From Candidatus Foliamicus sp. (lineage in GTDB: Bacteria > Pseudomonadota > Gammaproteobacteria > Steroidobacterales > Foliamicaceae): 64,000 bases of DNA. The notes under the pieces were generated by a model. The model searched no databases and was not told where the DNA came from. It saw only the letters and a program-made list of their open reading frames with translations. The position numbers were made by a program, and so were the translations under genes. Location of the stretch: NCBI GenBank assembly GCA_965221325.1, contig OZ244880.1, one strand, 5' to 3'. Positions within the stretch are counted from its first letter, which is position 1; the number at the start of each line of letters is the position of its first letter. Positions 1 through 11,158 of this stretch are shown here, in pieces.

Positions 1-1335
1 GCGGGTGTTGGCCATCAGGGTATCCACGGCGTCCAGCCCGTCGCGTCCGTTACGGCCGCCGTACGAGCCTTCGTTTATCTCCACGTTGATCCGGTATTTT
101 CCTTCGCCGGACTCGAAGGAATACACGAAGCAGGACACGTTGGCGGAGTTTCCACCCGTCACGCGCTCGGGCAGAACGCTGCCCAGCGCCTGCAGCACCT
201 GGTCCGGAATGCGGTTGATTTGGGTGAAGCGCGCCTCGCAGCCGCGCGGAAAGACCGGGTTGAAGATGCTGCCCTTGGGCGCATGCGCGTACACGGGCCG
301 GAACACGCCGTCGTTTTGCGGTACGCCTGCGCCCTCGGCGGTCTCGTCCAGCAGCAGCGCGCGCACCGCGAAATTCACCGCCGGCAGTACGCTGCCCTCG
401 AAGGGGCAGTTGAAGCCGGTGGTGGTCTGATCGCTGGAGCCGGACAGGTCCACGCAGATGTCGCTGCCGCGCACGATCACGCGGGTGGCGATCTTAAGCG
501 GCTTGCCGAAATGCTTGCCGTCGTCCTCCAGCCAGGCATCCGGCGCCGGGTACTCGCCGTCCGGCAACTGCTCGATGCGCGCCCGCAGCCGCCGCTCGGC
601 ATAGTCCATCCATGCCTCGGCCGCGCTCATGACCTGGTCCAGCCCGTGCTTGGTCACGAGCCCCGCGAAGCGCTCCTCACCCAGCCGGCAGCAGGCGATC
701 ATGGCCTCCAGGTCGCCGGAATTGGCTTCCGGTGTGCGCACGTTGTCCATGATCAGCGACCAGAGGTCCTCGCGGCGCGCACCGCCGTCGTGCAGCTTTA
801 CCGCGTCGAGTATCTGACCTTCGGCGAAAAAGTCCGGCACGTCCACCGAAAAACCGGGGTCGGCTGCGCCGATATCCACCATGTGGCCCGTGCATCCGGC
901 AAAACCCACATGCACGCTACCCGCGAACAGTGGCAGCAGCACGCCGTAGTCGGGGCTGTGCGACGCGCCGTGGTAGGGGTGGTTGTGGAGGTAGATGTCG
1001 CCTGGCCGGTAGCGGCCGCGGTGCTTGCGGTCGATGCCGCGCACATAGGCGGGCAGGGAGCCGCAGTGCATGGGCGTGGAGTCGCTTTCGCAGAGTTGCC
1101 GGCCGTCGAAATCCAGCAGCGCGGCGCCGATGTCGCGCGACTCGCGCATGACGCTGGAGTAGGCCATGCGAACGAGGAGCTCGGCCATTTCATGCGCGAT
1201 GGACTGCAGCGCGCCGCCGATCACCTGCAGCGAAACCGGGTCCACCTCCACGCGGTTCCAGCGGCGCTGCGTGTGTGCGCCCAGGCCGGTGCTGCGCGCA
1301 CTTTCGAGACCGGGCCAGAGTGGCGCAGCGCTCAT
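1..1335 (-). CDS. Hydantoinase B/oxoprolinase-family subunit (HyuB-like), 3' end cut by window edge
   Basis: Not in the ORF track because there is no stop in the window. My own minus-strand translation from ATG 1335 reads MSAAPLWPGLESARSTGLGAHTQRRWNRVEVDPVSLQVIGGALQSIAHEMAELLVRMAYSSVMRESRDIGAALLDFDGRQL... It stays open for 445 codons to position 1. ATGA overlap with the stop of the upstream hyuA-like gene. Confidence 0.8.
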   Translation of the reverse strand, partial: MSAAPLWPGLESARSTGLGAHTQRRWNRVEVDPVSLQVIGGALQSIAHEMAELLVRMAYSSVMRESRDIGAALLDFDGRQLCESDSTPMHCGSLPAYVRGIDRKHRGRYRPGDIYLHNHPYHGASHSPDYGVLLPLFAGSVHVGFAGCTGHMVDIGAADPGFSVDVPDFFAEGQILDAVKLHDGGARREDLWSLIMDNVRTPEANSGDLEAMIACCRLGEERFAGLVTKHGLDQVMSAAEAWMDYAERRLRARIEQLPDGEYPAPDAWLEDDGKHFGKPLKIATRVIVRGSDICVDLSGSSDQTTTGFNCPFEGSVLPAVNFAVRALLLDETAEGAGVPQNDGVFRPVYAHAPKGSIFNPVFPRGCEARFTQINRIPDQVLQALGSVLPERVTGGNSANVSCFVYSFESGEGKYRINVEINEGSYGGRNGRDGLDAVDTLMANTR

Positions 1336-3464
1336 GTTGTCACCTCGGCGAGGCGCCGTTCGGCTTCGTGCGCGGCGGGCATGCCCTCTTTTCCGGTCCG
1401 CATGCGCGTCAGCAGAAGGTTGCCGTAGTTGTCCACGCGCCCGCTCCAGCCTGGAGGAATCGCGGTGGTGGCGCCGGTCTGCTCGACGATGGCCGGTCCG
1501 GCTATGCCGTGTCCCGATTGCAGACTGGCGCGGTGGTAGAAGGCCGTTGGAAGCGGTTCGCCGTGGCCCGGAAACAGGCAGGTGGCGGTTTGCAGTGGTT
1601 CTGCGCGTTCGGCAGCCGTTGCCGCGCTCTCTTGCGGCACTAGCGGCGCGCCCGGCACATAGGCCGACACGCCCAGGTTGATCACGCGCACCGGCTTGTC
1701 GCGATAGGCGCGCAAGTAGGCCCGCTCGTGTTCGGTGTGAAAGCGCTCGCCTAACGCTTTCGCCCACTCGGCATCGACTGCGCCGGCAGGCGTTTCCACG
1801 GCCAGCTCATGACCTTGGCCGGCGTAGCGGCATTCCGCCCACAGCTTGAGGCGGACATCCTCTGCCTCGAATCCGTCGCCGACCAGGCGGTTTTTCGCCG
1901 CGCGCGTCATCTCGTCAAGCTGCGCTTGAACGCCGGCATGATCCAGGCCATCCAGCGCGCCCCAAAGCGTGGTCTTGAATTCGTAGCGCACTGGCGCGCA
2001 CAACAGGCCGCCGGCAGCGCCCACCCCGGGATGTGGCGGCGCCAGAACCTCGCCGATGGACAAGGCTTCGGCCACCGGCGCAGCGAACGCTCCGCCCGCG
2101 CCGCCGTAGGCCACCAGCGTGAATTCGCGCGGGTCAAAACCCTTGGATACGCTGGCCACGCGCATGGCCTCGGCCATGTTGTTGACGGCGATGTCGAAAA
2201 TGCCCAGCGCGGCGTCCTCAAGTGTCATACCCAGCGGTTCGGCGATGTGCGCGCGGATGGCGTGACCGGCTTTGTCCGGTGCGAGGCTGGGCACCGCGCC
2301 GGCCAGGTGCTCGGGGCGGTACCAGCCGGCTGCGACCAGCGCGTCGGTCACGGTTGGCTGTTCGCCGCCCCGACCGTAGCAAGCGGGACCGGGTTGGGCG
2401 CCGGCGCTTTGCGGCCCCACGCGGAACATTCCCTGATCGTCCAGCCAGGCGATGGAACCCCCGCCCGCGCCCAGTGTCGCGATATCCGTCATCGGCGTCA
2501 TCACGTCGTAGTCGCCCACGCGCGTGTCGAGCAGGCTCCTCATACGCATCTCGCCGTTCGGCGCCACGCCGATGTCGGCGGAAGTGCCGCCGACATCCAG
2601 CGTGATCACATCGCTGCGGCCGATTCCGCGAGCTGCGTCGATACCGGCAATCAAGGCGCCGACCGGTCCCGATAGCAGCAAGTTGACCGGTCTGCGCTCA
2701 GCCTCGGCGGGCGCCACCATGCCGCCGCTGGAACTCATCAGGCGCAGTTGCGCGGGCACGCCGGCGGCCTTGAGCCCGGCGGCGAAGCGGCGTACGTAGC
2801 GCGCCGTGACCGGGCCCACGTAGGCGTTCATGGCGGTGGTGGAAAAACGCTCGTACTCCCGCACCAGCGGCGCGAGTTCGTGGCTGGCGGTAACGTAGGC
2901 CTCGGGAAATTCGCTGCGCGCCAGCTCGGCGATGCGCCGCTCGTGCTCCGGGTTCAGGAAGGAGAACAGACAGCACACGGCGATTGCTTCCACGCCTTCT
3001 TCCTTAAGCCGCGCGATGGCCCGCAGCACATCGTTTTCGTCAAGCGGCGTTTCGATGGCGCCATCGGGTGCGCGGACGCGTTCGCGCACCGTCATTCGCC
3101 AGCGCCGTGGCGCCAGCGGCCGGCTTTGGCGGGCGATCTCCTGCGAGTGCGAAAAGTTGTAGGGGCGATTCTTGCGCCCGATATGCAGCACATCGCGAAA
3201 GCCGTGGGTGGTGATAAGTCCGGTGCGGGCGCCCTTGCCTTCGAGGAGCGCATTGGTGGCCACGGTGGTGCCGTGACAGCAGAACTCCACATCGTCGAAA
3301 CCCAGGCCGGTCTTCCGCAGCAGTTGCTCCAGACCCTGCATGGCGGCCCGCGAAGGGTCGTCGGGCGTGGACGCCAGCTTGTGAGTGCCCAGCGCCCGGC
3401 CGTTGTTGTCGGCCGCAATGAGGTCGGTGAACGTGCCGCCGATGTCGATGCCAATTCGCGCCAA
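1332..3464 (-). CDS. Hydantoinase A/oxoprolinase-family subunit (HyuA-like)
   Basis: 710-aa ORF with TTG start. The N-terminal MARIGIDIGGTFTDL ATPase motif is typical of the HyuA / 5-oxoprolinase / acetone-carboxylase / caprolactamase family. Translationally coupled to hyuB-like. Confidence 0.85.
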   Translation of the reverse strand: MARIGIDIGGTFTDLIAADNNGRALGTHKLASTPDDPSRAAMQGLEQLLRKTGLGFDDVEFCCHGTTVATNALLEGKGARTGLITTHGFRDVLHIGRKNRPYNFSHSQEIARQSRPLAPRRWRMTVRERVRAPDGAIETPLDENDVLRAIARLKEEGVEAIAVCCLFSFLNPEHERRIAELARSEFPEAYVTASHELAPLVREYERFSTTAMNAYVGPVTARYVRRFAAGLKAAGVPAQLRLMSSSGGMVAPAEAERRPVNLLLSGPVGALIAGIDAARGIGRSDVITLDVGGTSADIGVAPNGEMRMRSLLDTRVGDYDVMTPMTDIATLGAGGGSIAWLDDQGMFRVGPQSAGAQPGPACYGRGGEQPTVTDALVAAGWYRPEHLAGAVPSLAPDKAGHAIRAHIAEPLGMTLEDAALGIFDIAVNNMAEAMRVASVSKGFDPREFTLVAYGGAGGAFAAPVAEALSIGEVLAPPHPGVGAAGGLLCAPVRYEFKTTLWGALDGLDHAGVQAQLDEMTRAAKNRLVGDGFEAEDVRLKLWAECRYAGQGHELAVETPAGAVDAEWAKALGERFHTEHERAYLRAYRDKPVRVINLGVSAYVPGAPLVPQESAATAAERAEPLQTATCLFPGHGEPLPTAFYHRASLQSGHGIAGPAIVEQTGATTAIPPGWSGRVDNYGNLLLTRMRTGKEGMPAAHEAERRLAEVTT

Positions 3465-3620
3465 GTCGTCCGGCGCCCCTCCGCGCTCTCAAAAGAAAGG
3501 CATTTTCTCATAGAGACCGGCGGCCGGGATTGCTGCCGCACGGCGTTTTCGGCGCAATCCATTGCTTCCGCGTGTACGCCGGACATCGCGCCGCGCCGGC
3601 CGGTGTATCGTTGCCCGCGC

Positions 3621-5081
3621 ATGGGCGCACTGACCGAATCCGTTCTCGACTTTTTGTGCGGCGGCGCGCCCGCGAGCGCGCCGGAGAAGGCTCGGCGCCT
3701 GGCCGCTACCGGTTTCATCGATTGCCTGGGCGTGGCGCTGGCAGGCGCCGGCCAGCCGGTCGTGCGCAACTTGTGGCGGGCGGAGCAGGGCGGATCGCCG
3801 GAGTGCCGTGTGCTGCTGAGCGGCGCGCGGATGCCGGCCGCGCAATCGGCACTGATCGGTTCGGCGGCCGCGCATGCGCTGGACCTGGACGATTACGCCT
3901 TCGCCAACCACACCAGCGCGGTGCTGGTTCCTGCAATTTTGGCCGAGGCCGAAGTTGTGGGCGCCGCCGGCGCACGCATGCTGGGCGCTTACCTGGCCGG
4001 GTTCGAAGTATGGAGTGTTCTGGCGCGGCGCGAGCAAGACTACATGCAGGCCGCCGGCTGGCACCCCACGGGTGTCTATGGCCCAATCGCTGCTGCCGCA
4101 GCGCTGTGCTGGCTGCGCGGTCTGCCGCGCACGGAGACACGCAATGCTTTGGGGCTGGCTGCTGCTGCGGGCGGCGGCGTGATGGATAACTTCGGAACGC
4201 AAGCCAAGCCCTACCAGGCTGCGCGGGCCGCGGAAGCCGGCGTGGCCGCGGTGCGCAGAGCCATGGCCGGGCTGGACGCCGGGCCGCACGCGCTGGACGG
4301 ATCGGGTGGGTTTCTGCGCGCGATTTCTCCGGCAGGCCGCGTCGATTGCGCCGCGCCGGCGACGGAGCTCGGCCAGGACTGGTACATGGCCGAGCATGGC
4401 TTGAACATCAAGCCTTATCCGGTGGTGGGTGCCGCCCAGCGTTGCGTGGAGGCAGCCCTGCAGTTGCGCCGGGACCATGCCGTGCAGCCGCAAGCCATTA
4501 AGCGCGTCACCGTTCGGATCAGCAAATCACACTCCTCGGTTATGCGCTTTCGGCTGCCGCGCAACGCCATGCAGGCCAAGTTCAGCCTCGAATTCGCGGT
4601 GGCCGCCGCTTTGCTGTTCGGGCGCTTGGGGCTCAATGAAATGCGCGACGAATGTGTGCGTCACAGCGATGTGCAGGCGCTGATGAAGAGGATCGCGCGC
4701 GAAGAGGGCCCGGATGACGATCCGATCTATCCGGTGGGCGCGCGTTGCGACACAGTCAGCGTGTTGACGGCGCAAGGCGCCGAACTCGTCAGCGAACCCG
4801 TTTACCGTTATCGGGGGCATGGGCAGAAACCGCTGAGCAGCGACGAATTGCGCGCCAAGTTCATGGACTGCGCCGCGTTCGCCGGCGGGTGGCCGCTGCA
4901 GAGCGAATTCGGGAGCGGATCATCCTCGCCTTCGGCGGTGTTCTCGGACGGTGCGGGGTTCCTGCCCGGATTAACCGAAACCCTGGCCGCCGACCTGTTC
5001 GCGCGGCTGCTGCGGATGGAGGAACTCGACGGCGTCGCCGACTTGCCCGAATGGCCTCTTGAGGCGATCTTCGAGAAGTGA
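3621..5081 (+). CDS. MmgE/PrpD-family protein (2-methylcitrate-dehydratase-like)
   Basis: Track ORF 2748..5081 is over-extended. The family-like sequence starts at in-frame ATG 3621 (MGALTESVLDFLCGG...RRLAATGFIDCLGVALAG...). 486 aa. Divergent from hyuA-like. Confidence 0.7.
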   Translation: MGALTESVLDFLCGGAPASAPEKARRLAATGFIDCLGVALAGAGQPVVRNLWRAEQGGSPECRVLLSGARMPAAQSALIGSAAAHALDLDDYAFANHTSAVLVPAILAEAEVVGAAGARMLGAYLAGFEVWSVLARREQDYMQAAGWHPTGVYGPIAAAAALCWLRGLPRTETRNALGLAAAAGGGVMDNFGTQAKPYQAARAAEAGVAAVRRAMAGLDAGPHALDGSGGFLRAISPAGRVDCAAPATELGQDWYMAEHGLNIKPYPVVGAAQRCVEAALQLRRDHAVQPQAIKRVTVRISKSHSSVMRFRLPRNAMQAKFSLEFAVAAALLFGRLGLNEMRDECVRHSDVQALMKRIAREEGPDDDPIYPVGARCDTVSVLTAQGAELVSEPVYRYRGHGQKPLSSDELRAKFMDCAAFAGGWPLQSEFGSGSSSPSAVFSDGAGFLPGLTETLAADLFARLLRMEELDGVADLPEWPLEAIFEK

Positions 5082-5112
5082 GAGGACGCCCGGCCTCCGA
5101 CAGCGAGGAACC

Positions 5113-6579
5113 TTAGCCGCGCCTCAGCAATTCTTCCATGACTGCGGCTGCGGTCAGGACCTGCATATCCGCAAAGCGGGCGCCCACGAGTTGCACGCCC
5201 ACCGGCAGTCCGGCCGGCCCGCGGAGGCCCGGAACGGTAACGCAGGGCAGGTGCAGCGCCGAGAACATGCGATTGAAGGAAGCCTCGCCGTCACCGTTCC
5301 TGCGCAGGATGGCTTCGCCCGGCGTTGCAGCCGTGAGCCAGGCATCGTAGCCGGCCAGGCGCTGATCGAACACCGGGCGCAAGGCGCCGATGCCGTCGTA
5401 GGCCGCTGCCATGTCGCGCGGCGTGATGCCGCGGTTCACCTCGACTTCCTCGATGATGTCCTCGTGCAGGCCCGCCTTGCCGGCCGCATACTCGGCCAGC
5501 AGTGAAATCCGCACCTCGCCGTGCATGATCGCGTCCTGCCATGCGTTCAGCTTGTTCGCGCCCGGGATTTCGCCGACCATCTCGACGCTGTGGCCGCTTG
5601 CAGCCAGTTTCTCGGCAGCGGTTTCCACCGCGGAGCGGCTGGCCGGCTCTGCATCGTTCCAGTAGGGCGTGCGATACAACCCGAACTTGAGCCGCTGCCC
5701 CGCCTCAGGCGCCTGCCATACGCCCAGCTTCAGGACTTCGGCGGCGCGTGCCAGCAGCGCCACGTCTTCGGCCAGCCAGCCGACCGTGTCGAGGCTGGGC
5801 GCGTGCAGCCACAAACCCTGCACGGGCACCCGTCCGTAGGTGGGCTTGAAGCCGCTTACGCCGCAGAACGAGGCCGGCCGGATTATCGAACCGCCGGTCT
5901 GCGTGCCTAGCGCCAGCGGCGCCATACCGGCGGCGACGGCGGCGGCGGAACCGGCTGAGGAACCGCCCGGCGTGCGTTCGGGATCGTGCGGATTGGTGGT
6001 GGGCGCAGCGCGCCCGATGCCGGCGAATTCGACCGTTTCCGCCTTGCCCAGAAGCACACAGCCGGCCTGTCGCAGCATCCGAACGCAGGCGGCGTCCTGC
6101 TCTGCCCGCCGACCCTCGTAGCGCGGCGAATTCCGCTGCGTGGGCAAATCCACCGTGTCGATAACGTCCTTGACCGCAAAAGGCAGCCCATGCAGTGCGC
6201 TGCGCGGTCCGCGCAACGCGCGTTCCCGGTCGCGCGCCCGCGCTTCGCCCAGCGCGCGCTCGGCATCGAAAGACGCGAATGCCCGCACGGCTTTTTCGCG
6301 CTCCTTGAAACGCGCAATGCAGCGCTCCACCGCCGCTCCGCTGGAAATGTCCCCACGCGCCAGCCGCGCCGCAAGGCTGGTGCTTCCCGTACTAGCGTCT
6401 GGATTGCGGTTTATCGCCCGGCTCCCTGAGTTCTCGCATGCGATGCTTAGTCTTGAAGAGCCTCTTGTACGAGAAAGCCGGGGCGAAAGGCAAGCGTCCT
6501 CTCCAAGGTTCAACGCACTGAGCGCGCCGCCCGCACGCGGCTTGTGCAATTGCCGGCAGCCGCCCGCGCCGGGTAGCAT
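5113..6579 (-). CDS. Amidase-signature family amidase
   Basis: Motifs LHGLPFAVKDVID and GGSSAGSAAAVAAGMAPLALGTQTGGSIIRPASFCG. The family N-terminus aligns near TSLAARLARGDISS, and no canonical start is visible right there. The first ATG (6579) is given, so the start is uncertain; the track start 6717 is almost certainly too long. Confidence 0.8.
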   Translation of the reverse strand: MLPGAGGCRQLHKPRAGGALSALNLGEDACLSPRLSRTRGSSRLSIACENSGSRAINRNPDASTGSTSLAARLARGDISSGAAVERCIARFKEREKAVRAFASFDAERALGEARARDRERALRGPRSALHGLPFAVKDVIDTVDLPTQRNSPRYEGRRAEQDAACVRMLRQAGCVLLGKAETVEFAGIGRAAPTTNPHDPERTPGGSSAGSAAAVAAGMAPLALGTQTGGSIIRPASFCGVSGFKPTYGRVPVQGLWLHAPSLDTVGWLAEDVALLARAAEVLKLGVWQAPEAGQRLKFGLYRTPYWNDAEPASRSAVETAAEKLAASGHSVEMVGEIPGANKLNAWQDAIMHGEVRISLLAEYAAGKAGLHEDIIEEVEVNRGITPRDMAAAYDGIGALRPVFDQRLAGYDAWLTAATPGEAILRRNGDGEASFNRMFSALHLPCVTVPGLRGPAGLPVGVQLVGARFADMQVLTAAAVMEELLRRG

Positions 6580-6680
6580 TGCACCATGCGCCGGTCCACC
6601 ATCCCGCTTTCCCGCATTTCGATCCACCGCGGCAGCTTTCACTCGAAGCCCGGAATCTGTTGAGGCACGAGGGCTAGCCC

Positions 6681-7256
6681 TTGGAGGTAAAGGGAGAACA
6701 AGACCTCGCGCATGCACGCGAGGCGGTTTGGGAAGCGCTGATCGATCCTGAGGTGCTCGCTGCCTGCGTTCCCGGTTGCCAATCGTTCGAACTGGTAGGC
6801 GAGAATCGCTACAAGGCCTTGATGAAGGCCGAAGTGGGCCCGGTCAGCGCCCGGTTCTCGGTGGAAATACGCATCGTGGATCCCGATCCGCCCAAGGCTT
6901 ACCGGCTGGAAGGCAGCGCCAAGGCGCCGGTCGGATTCGGCCGCGGGGTGGCGGATGTGCAGTTGGCCGAGGATGGCGCCGGCGGCACGAAACTCAGCTA
7001 CACGGCCCAATTGCAACTGGGCGGCAAGCTGGCGCAAGTGGGTTCGCGCCTGCTGTCAGGCATTACGCACAAGATCGCGGCGCATTTCTTCGCGCGTCTG
7101 GCTGAAATACTGGACGGCAGGCATAAGTCCGCGGCGCGGTCTGCGGGGGGTGGCGCTTTGAACCGCTGGTTCGCGCGTCCGGTCCTGCGCTGGCTGGCCT
7201 TGGGCCTATTGCTGGCCCTTGCGGCGGCGATCTACCTGCTCAACCGCGCAGCCTGA
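6681..7256 (+). CDS. coxG: CoxG-like SRPBCC protein with C-terminal membrane anchor
   Basis: TTG start. [37 protein letters not shown]... is typical of CoxG. C-terminal hydrophobic helix [16 protein letters not shown]. Confidence 0.8.
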   Translation: MEVKGEQDLAHAREAVWEALIDPEVLAACVPGCQSFELVGENRYKALMKAEVGPVSARFSVEIRIVDPDPPKAYRLEGSAKAPVGFGRGVADVQLAEDGAGGTKLSYTAQLQLGGKLAQVGSRLLSGITHKIAAHFFARLAEILDGRHKSAARSAGGGALNRWFARPVLRWLALGLLLALAAAIYLLNRAA

Positions 7257-7354
7257 CGCCATCGTGGCCGGCGCGGGTCGCCGAACGCGGTATTATCGGC
7301 AGCCGGGGCCGGTCCTCGCCGGTAATCGATAAACGTCAAACAGGGAGGGCGGGA

Positions 7355-7830
<476 letters not shown>

Positions 7831-7834
<4 letters not shown>

Positions 7835-10227
7835 GCGGCGCGGTGGGCATAGGCGCATCCGCTCCGCGCACCGAAGACCGGCGCTTCATTACCGGCCGGG
7901 GGCGCTACGTCGATGACATCAACCTGCGCGGACAGCACTATGCATGGTTCGTGCGTTCGCCCCATCCGCACGCCGAAGTGCTTGGCATAGACGCCGAAGA
8001 GGCGCTGGCAATGCCGGGCGTTGCCGCGGTGTTAACCGGCGCCGACCTGCAGGCCGACGATGTCGGGCCGCTGCCGGTGGCCTGGGGCATCACCAGCATC
8101 GACGGCACGCCTGCCGTGGAGCCTGAATTTCCGGCGCTGGCCACCGACCGCGTACGCTACGTGGGTAATCCCGTGGCAGTCGTGATCGCCGACACGCGGG
8201 CCAGGGCGCGCGATGCCGCCGAGGCGGTGAACGTGCGCTACGAGGAACTCGATTCGGTCTCCAACGCCGTGGCGGCGCTGGAGGAAGGCGCTCCGCAGAT
8301 TCACGGAGACGCGCCGGGCAATCTCTGCTTCAACTGGGAATGGCTGCCGTCGGCCATGGCGCCCGACGCCAAGGCCAACACGGAAAACGCTTTCAAGGAA
8401 GCGGCGCATGTGGTGTCGCTGGAATTGGTCAACAATCGCCTGGTTCCGAACGCGATGGAGCCGCGGGCTTCGCTGGCGGACTTCAATCCCGGCACCGGGC
8501 AGCTCACGCTCTACACCACCAGTCAGAATCCGCATGTGAACCGGCTGCTGATCAGCAGCGCGACTCTGAAGATGCCGGAGCACAAGGTGCGTGTGGTGGC
8601 GCCCGATGTGGGCGGTGGCTTCGGCTCGAAGATCTACCACTACGCCGAAGAACTGGTCGTGTGCTGGGCTTCGCGTCGTCTGGGCGTGCCGGTGAAATGG
8701 ACAGCCGAGCGCAGCGAGTCGTTTCTCGGCGACGCGCAAGGGCGCGATCATTTCACGCGGGTGGAACTGGCGCTGGACGCCGAGGCGCGTTTCACGGCGC
8801 TCAGGGTGGACACCGTCGCCAACCTGGGTGGCTGGGTGTCGGCCTTCGGAACGGCCATACCGACGGTGTTTTATGCGCCGCTGCTGGCCGGAGTCTATAA
8901 GACCCCCAATGTCTATATCACCGTAAAGGGCGTGTTCACCAATACCACACCCACCGACGCCTATCGCGGTGCAGGGCGCCCGGAGGCCTGCTATGCGATC
9001 GAGCGCATCGTGGATGAGGCGGCGGTGCAGTTGGGCATGGAACCCGCCGAAATCCGCCGCCGCAATTTCATTCCGCCGGACGAGTTTCCGTACCAGTCGC
9101 CGGTAGGACAGCTTTATGACTCGGGCGACTTCGAGGGGTGTCTGGACCTCGCCATGAAGCTCAATAGCTACGCGGAGTTCGGCGAACGCCGCAAGCAGAG
9201 CGAGGCCCGCGGGCGGCTGCGCGGGCGCGGCATGAGTTTTTACATCGAGGCCTGCGGAGCGGCGCCTTCCCAGGCGGCCGGCCAACTCGGCGCGCGCGCG
9301 GGGCTCTACGAAGTGGCCACGGTGCGCGTGCATCCCACCGGCAGCGTACAAGTGCTCACCGGCTCCCACAGCCATGGACAGAGCCACGAAACGACCTTTG
9401 CGCAGATCGTTGCCGATCGCTTGGGCGTGGACTTCGACAATGTGGAGATCGTGCACGGCGACACGGGCGAGATTCCGTTCGGCATGGGCACCTACGGTTC
9501 GCGCTCGCTGGCTGTGGGCGGCACGGCGATGGTAAAGGCCCTCGACAAGGTGATCGAAAAAGGCCGCAAGATCGCCGCGCACCTGCTGGAAGCGGCTGCC
9601 GAGGACATAGAGTTCAGCGGCGGCCAATTCCGCGTGGCGGGCGCCGACCGTCAGGTGGCCTTCGGCGACGTGGCGCTGGCTGCCTATGTTCCGCATAACT
9701 ATCCGCTTGAGGAACTGGAGCCGGGCCTGGAAGAAACCGCCTTCTTCGATCCGGAGAACTTCACGTTTCCGTCCGGGTGCTACATCTGCGAGGTGGAAGT
9801 CGATCCCGACACGGGGGTGGTGGAGCTTTGCGATTTTGTGGCAGCGGACGATTTCGGCAACATCATCAATCCCATGGTCGTGGAAGGACAGGTGCATGGC
9901 GGCTTGGCCCAGGGCATCGGCCAGGCGCTCATGGAGCACTGCCGCTACACGCCCGAGGGCCAGTTGCTTACGGGCTCGTACATGGACTACTGCATGCCGC
10001 GCGCCGACGACCTGCCGCCGTTCGTGGTGGCCACTCGATGCACGCCAACGCCGTTCAATCCCCTCGGCGTGAAGGGCTGCGGCGAGGCCGGGGCAATCGG
10101 GGCGCCGCCGGCCGTGATCAACGCCATACTGGATGCGCTGCGCCCCTTGGGCGTGACGCAAATCGACATGCCGGCCACGCCGAACGCCGTATGGCAGGCC
10201 ATACAGGCCGCCCGGTCGGGCGAGTAG
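7831..10227 (+). CDS. coxL: Molybdopterin large subunit, form II CoxL-like (not bona fide CO dehydrogenase)
   Basis: Start at ATG 7831 (ATGA overlap with the coxS stop). [29 protein letters not shown]... The active-site loop reads AYRGAGR (form II) rather than AYXCSFR (form I). Confidence 0.9.
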
Positions 10228-10242
10228 AGGAGGCACAGGGCA

Positions 10243-11040
10243 ATGCGTGAATTCAACTATTACCGCGCCGGCTCGGTGCGCGACGCGGCCAAGCGGCTCA
10301 CGACCGTCGAGGACGCCATGCTGCTGGCCGGGGGCATGACGCTGCTGCCGGCGCTGAAAATGCGCCTGAACGCTCCCTCGGAGCTGATCGACCTCGCCGG
10401 TATCGACGAAATGCACGGCATCCGGCTGAGTCGCAAGGGCGCGCATATCGGCGCCACCACTACCCATGCGGAGGTGGCCGGCAACGTCGAGTTGCGCGCC
10501 GCTGTTCCCGTTCTCACCCACGCTGCCGAGTCCATAGGCGACCCCCAGGTCCGCAACCGCGGCACACTGGGCGGCTCGCTGGCCAACAACGATCCCGCGG
10601 CCGACTATCCGGCGGTGGCCCTTGGGCTGGACGCCACGGTGATCACCAACAAGCGCAAGGTCCCCGCCGATGATTTCTTTGTCGGCATGTTCGAAACGGC
10701 GCTTGGCGAAGGCGAAGTGGTCACCGAGGTGATGTTTCCCATCCCACAGCAGGCAGGCTATGCCAAGTTTCCCAATCCAGCCACCCGCTACGCATTGGTG
10801 GGTGTGTGTGTAGCCCAGTTCAAGTCGTCGGTGCGGGTTGCCGTTACCGGAGCGGGACCATCGGTGTATCGCCTGGATGACTTCGAGGCAGCGCTTGCAG
10901 AGGACTTCTCGCCCGATGCGCTCGACGGACTAGAGGTGTCGCCCGCCAATCTCAACGACGACATGCACGCCAGCGCCGACTACCGTGCCCACCTGGTGGG
11001 CGTGATGGCCCGGCGCGCCGTGCGCATGGCTCTCGATTAG
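10243..11040 (+). CDS. coxM: FAD-binding medium subunit of molybdenum hydroxylase
   Basis: MREFNYYRAGSVRDA...LLAGGMTLLPALK...RNRGTLGGSLANNDPAADYP. Typical CoxM/XdhB FAD-binding fold. 265 aa. Confidence 0.9.
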   Translation: MREFNYYRAGSVRDAAKRLTTVEDAMLLAGGMTLLPALKMRLNAPSELIDLAGIDEMHGIRLSRKGAHIGATTTHAEVAGNVELRAAVPVLTHAAESIGDPQVRNRGTLGGSLANNDPAADYPAVALGLDATVITNKRKVPADDFFVGMFETALGEGEVVTEVMFPIPQQAGYAKFPNPATRYALVGVCVAQFKSSVRVAVTGAGPSVYRLDDFEAALAEDFSPDALDGLEVSPANLNDDMHASADYRAHLVGVMARRAVRMALD

Positions 11041-11158
11041 CGCCGCACGACCGGGCGCCCGATTGCGCGAATTCGGTTGTTCCGCTGTATTGGTGGCGCA
11101 CTGCGGGTCTTCGTCTGTTCCGCCGTGATGTGGAACGCTGAATTCTGGGGCTGACCGT

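Noticed and set aside
5-1428. Plus-strand ORFs 5..430 and 220..1428
   Set aside because: The opposite strand encodes a continuous HyuB-like protein over all 445 codons with convincing family sequence. The plus-strand translations are low-complexity.
8032-10521. 829-aa minus-strand ORF, the longest in this region
   Set aside because: It is antisense to coxL/coxM, which carry clear family motifs. Its translation is Arg/Gly/His/Ala-rich with no recognisable motif. This is a typical high-GC shadow ORF.
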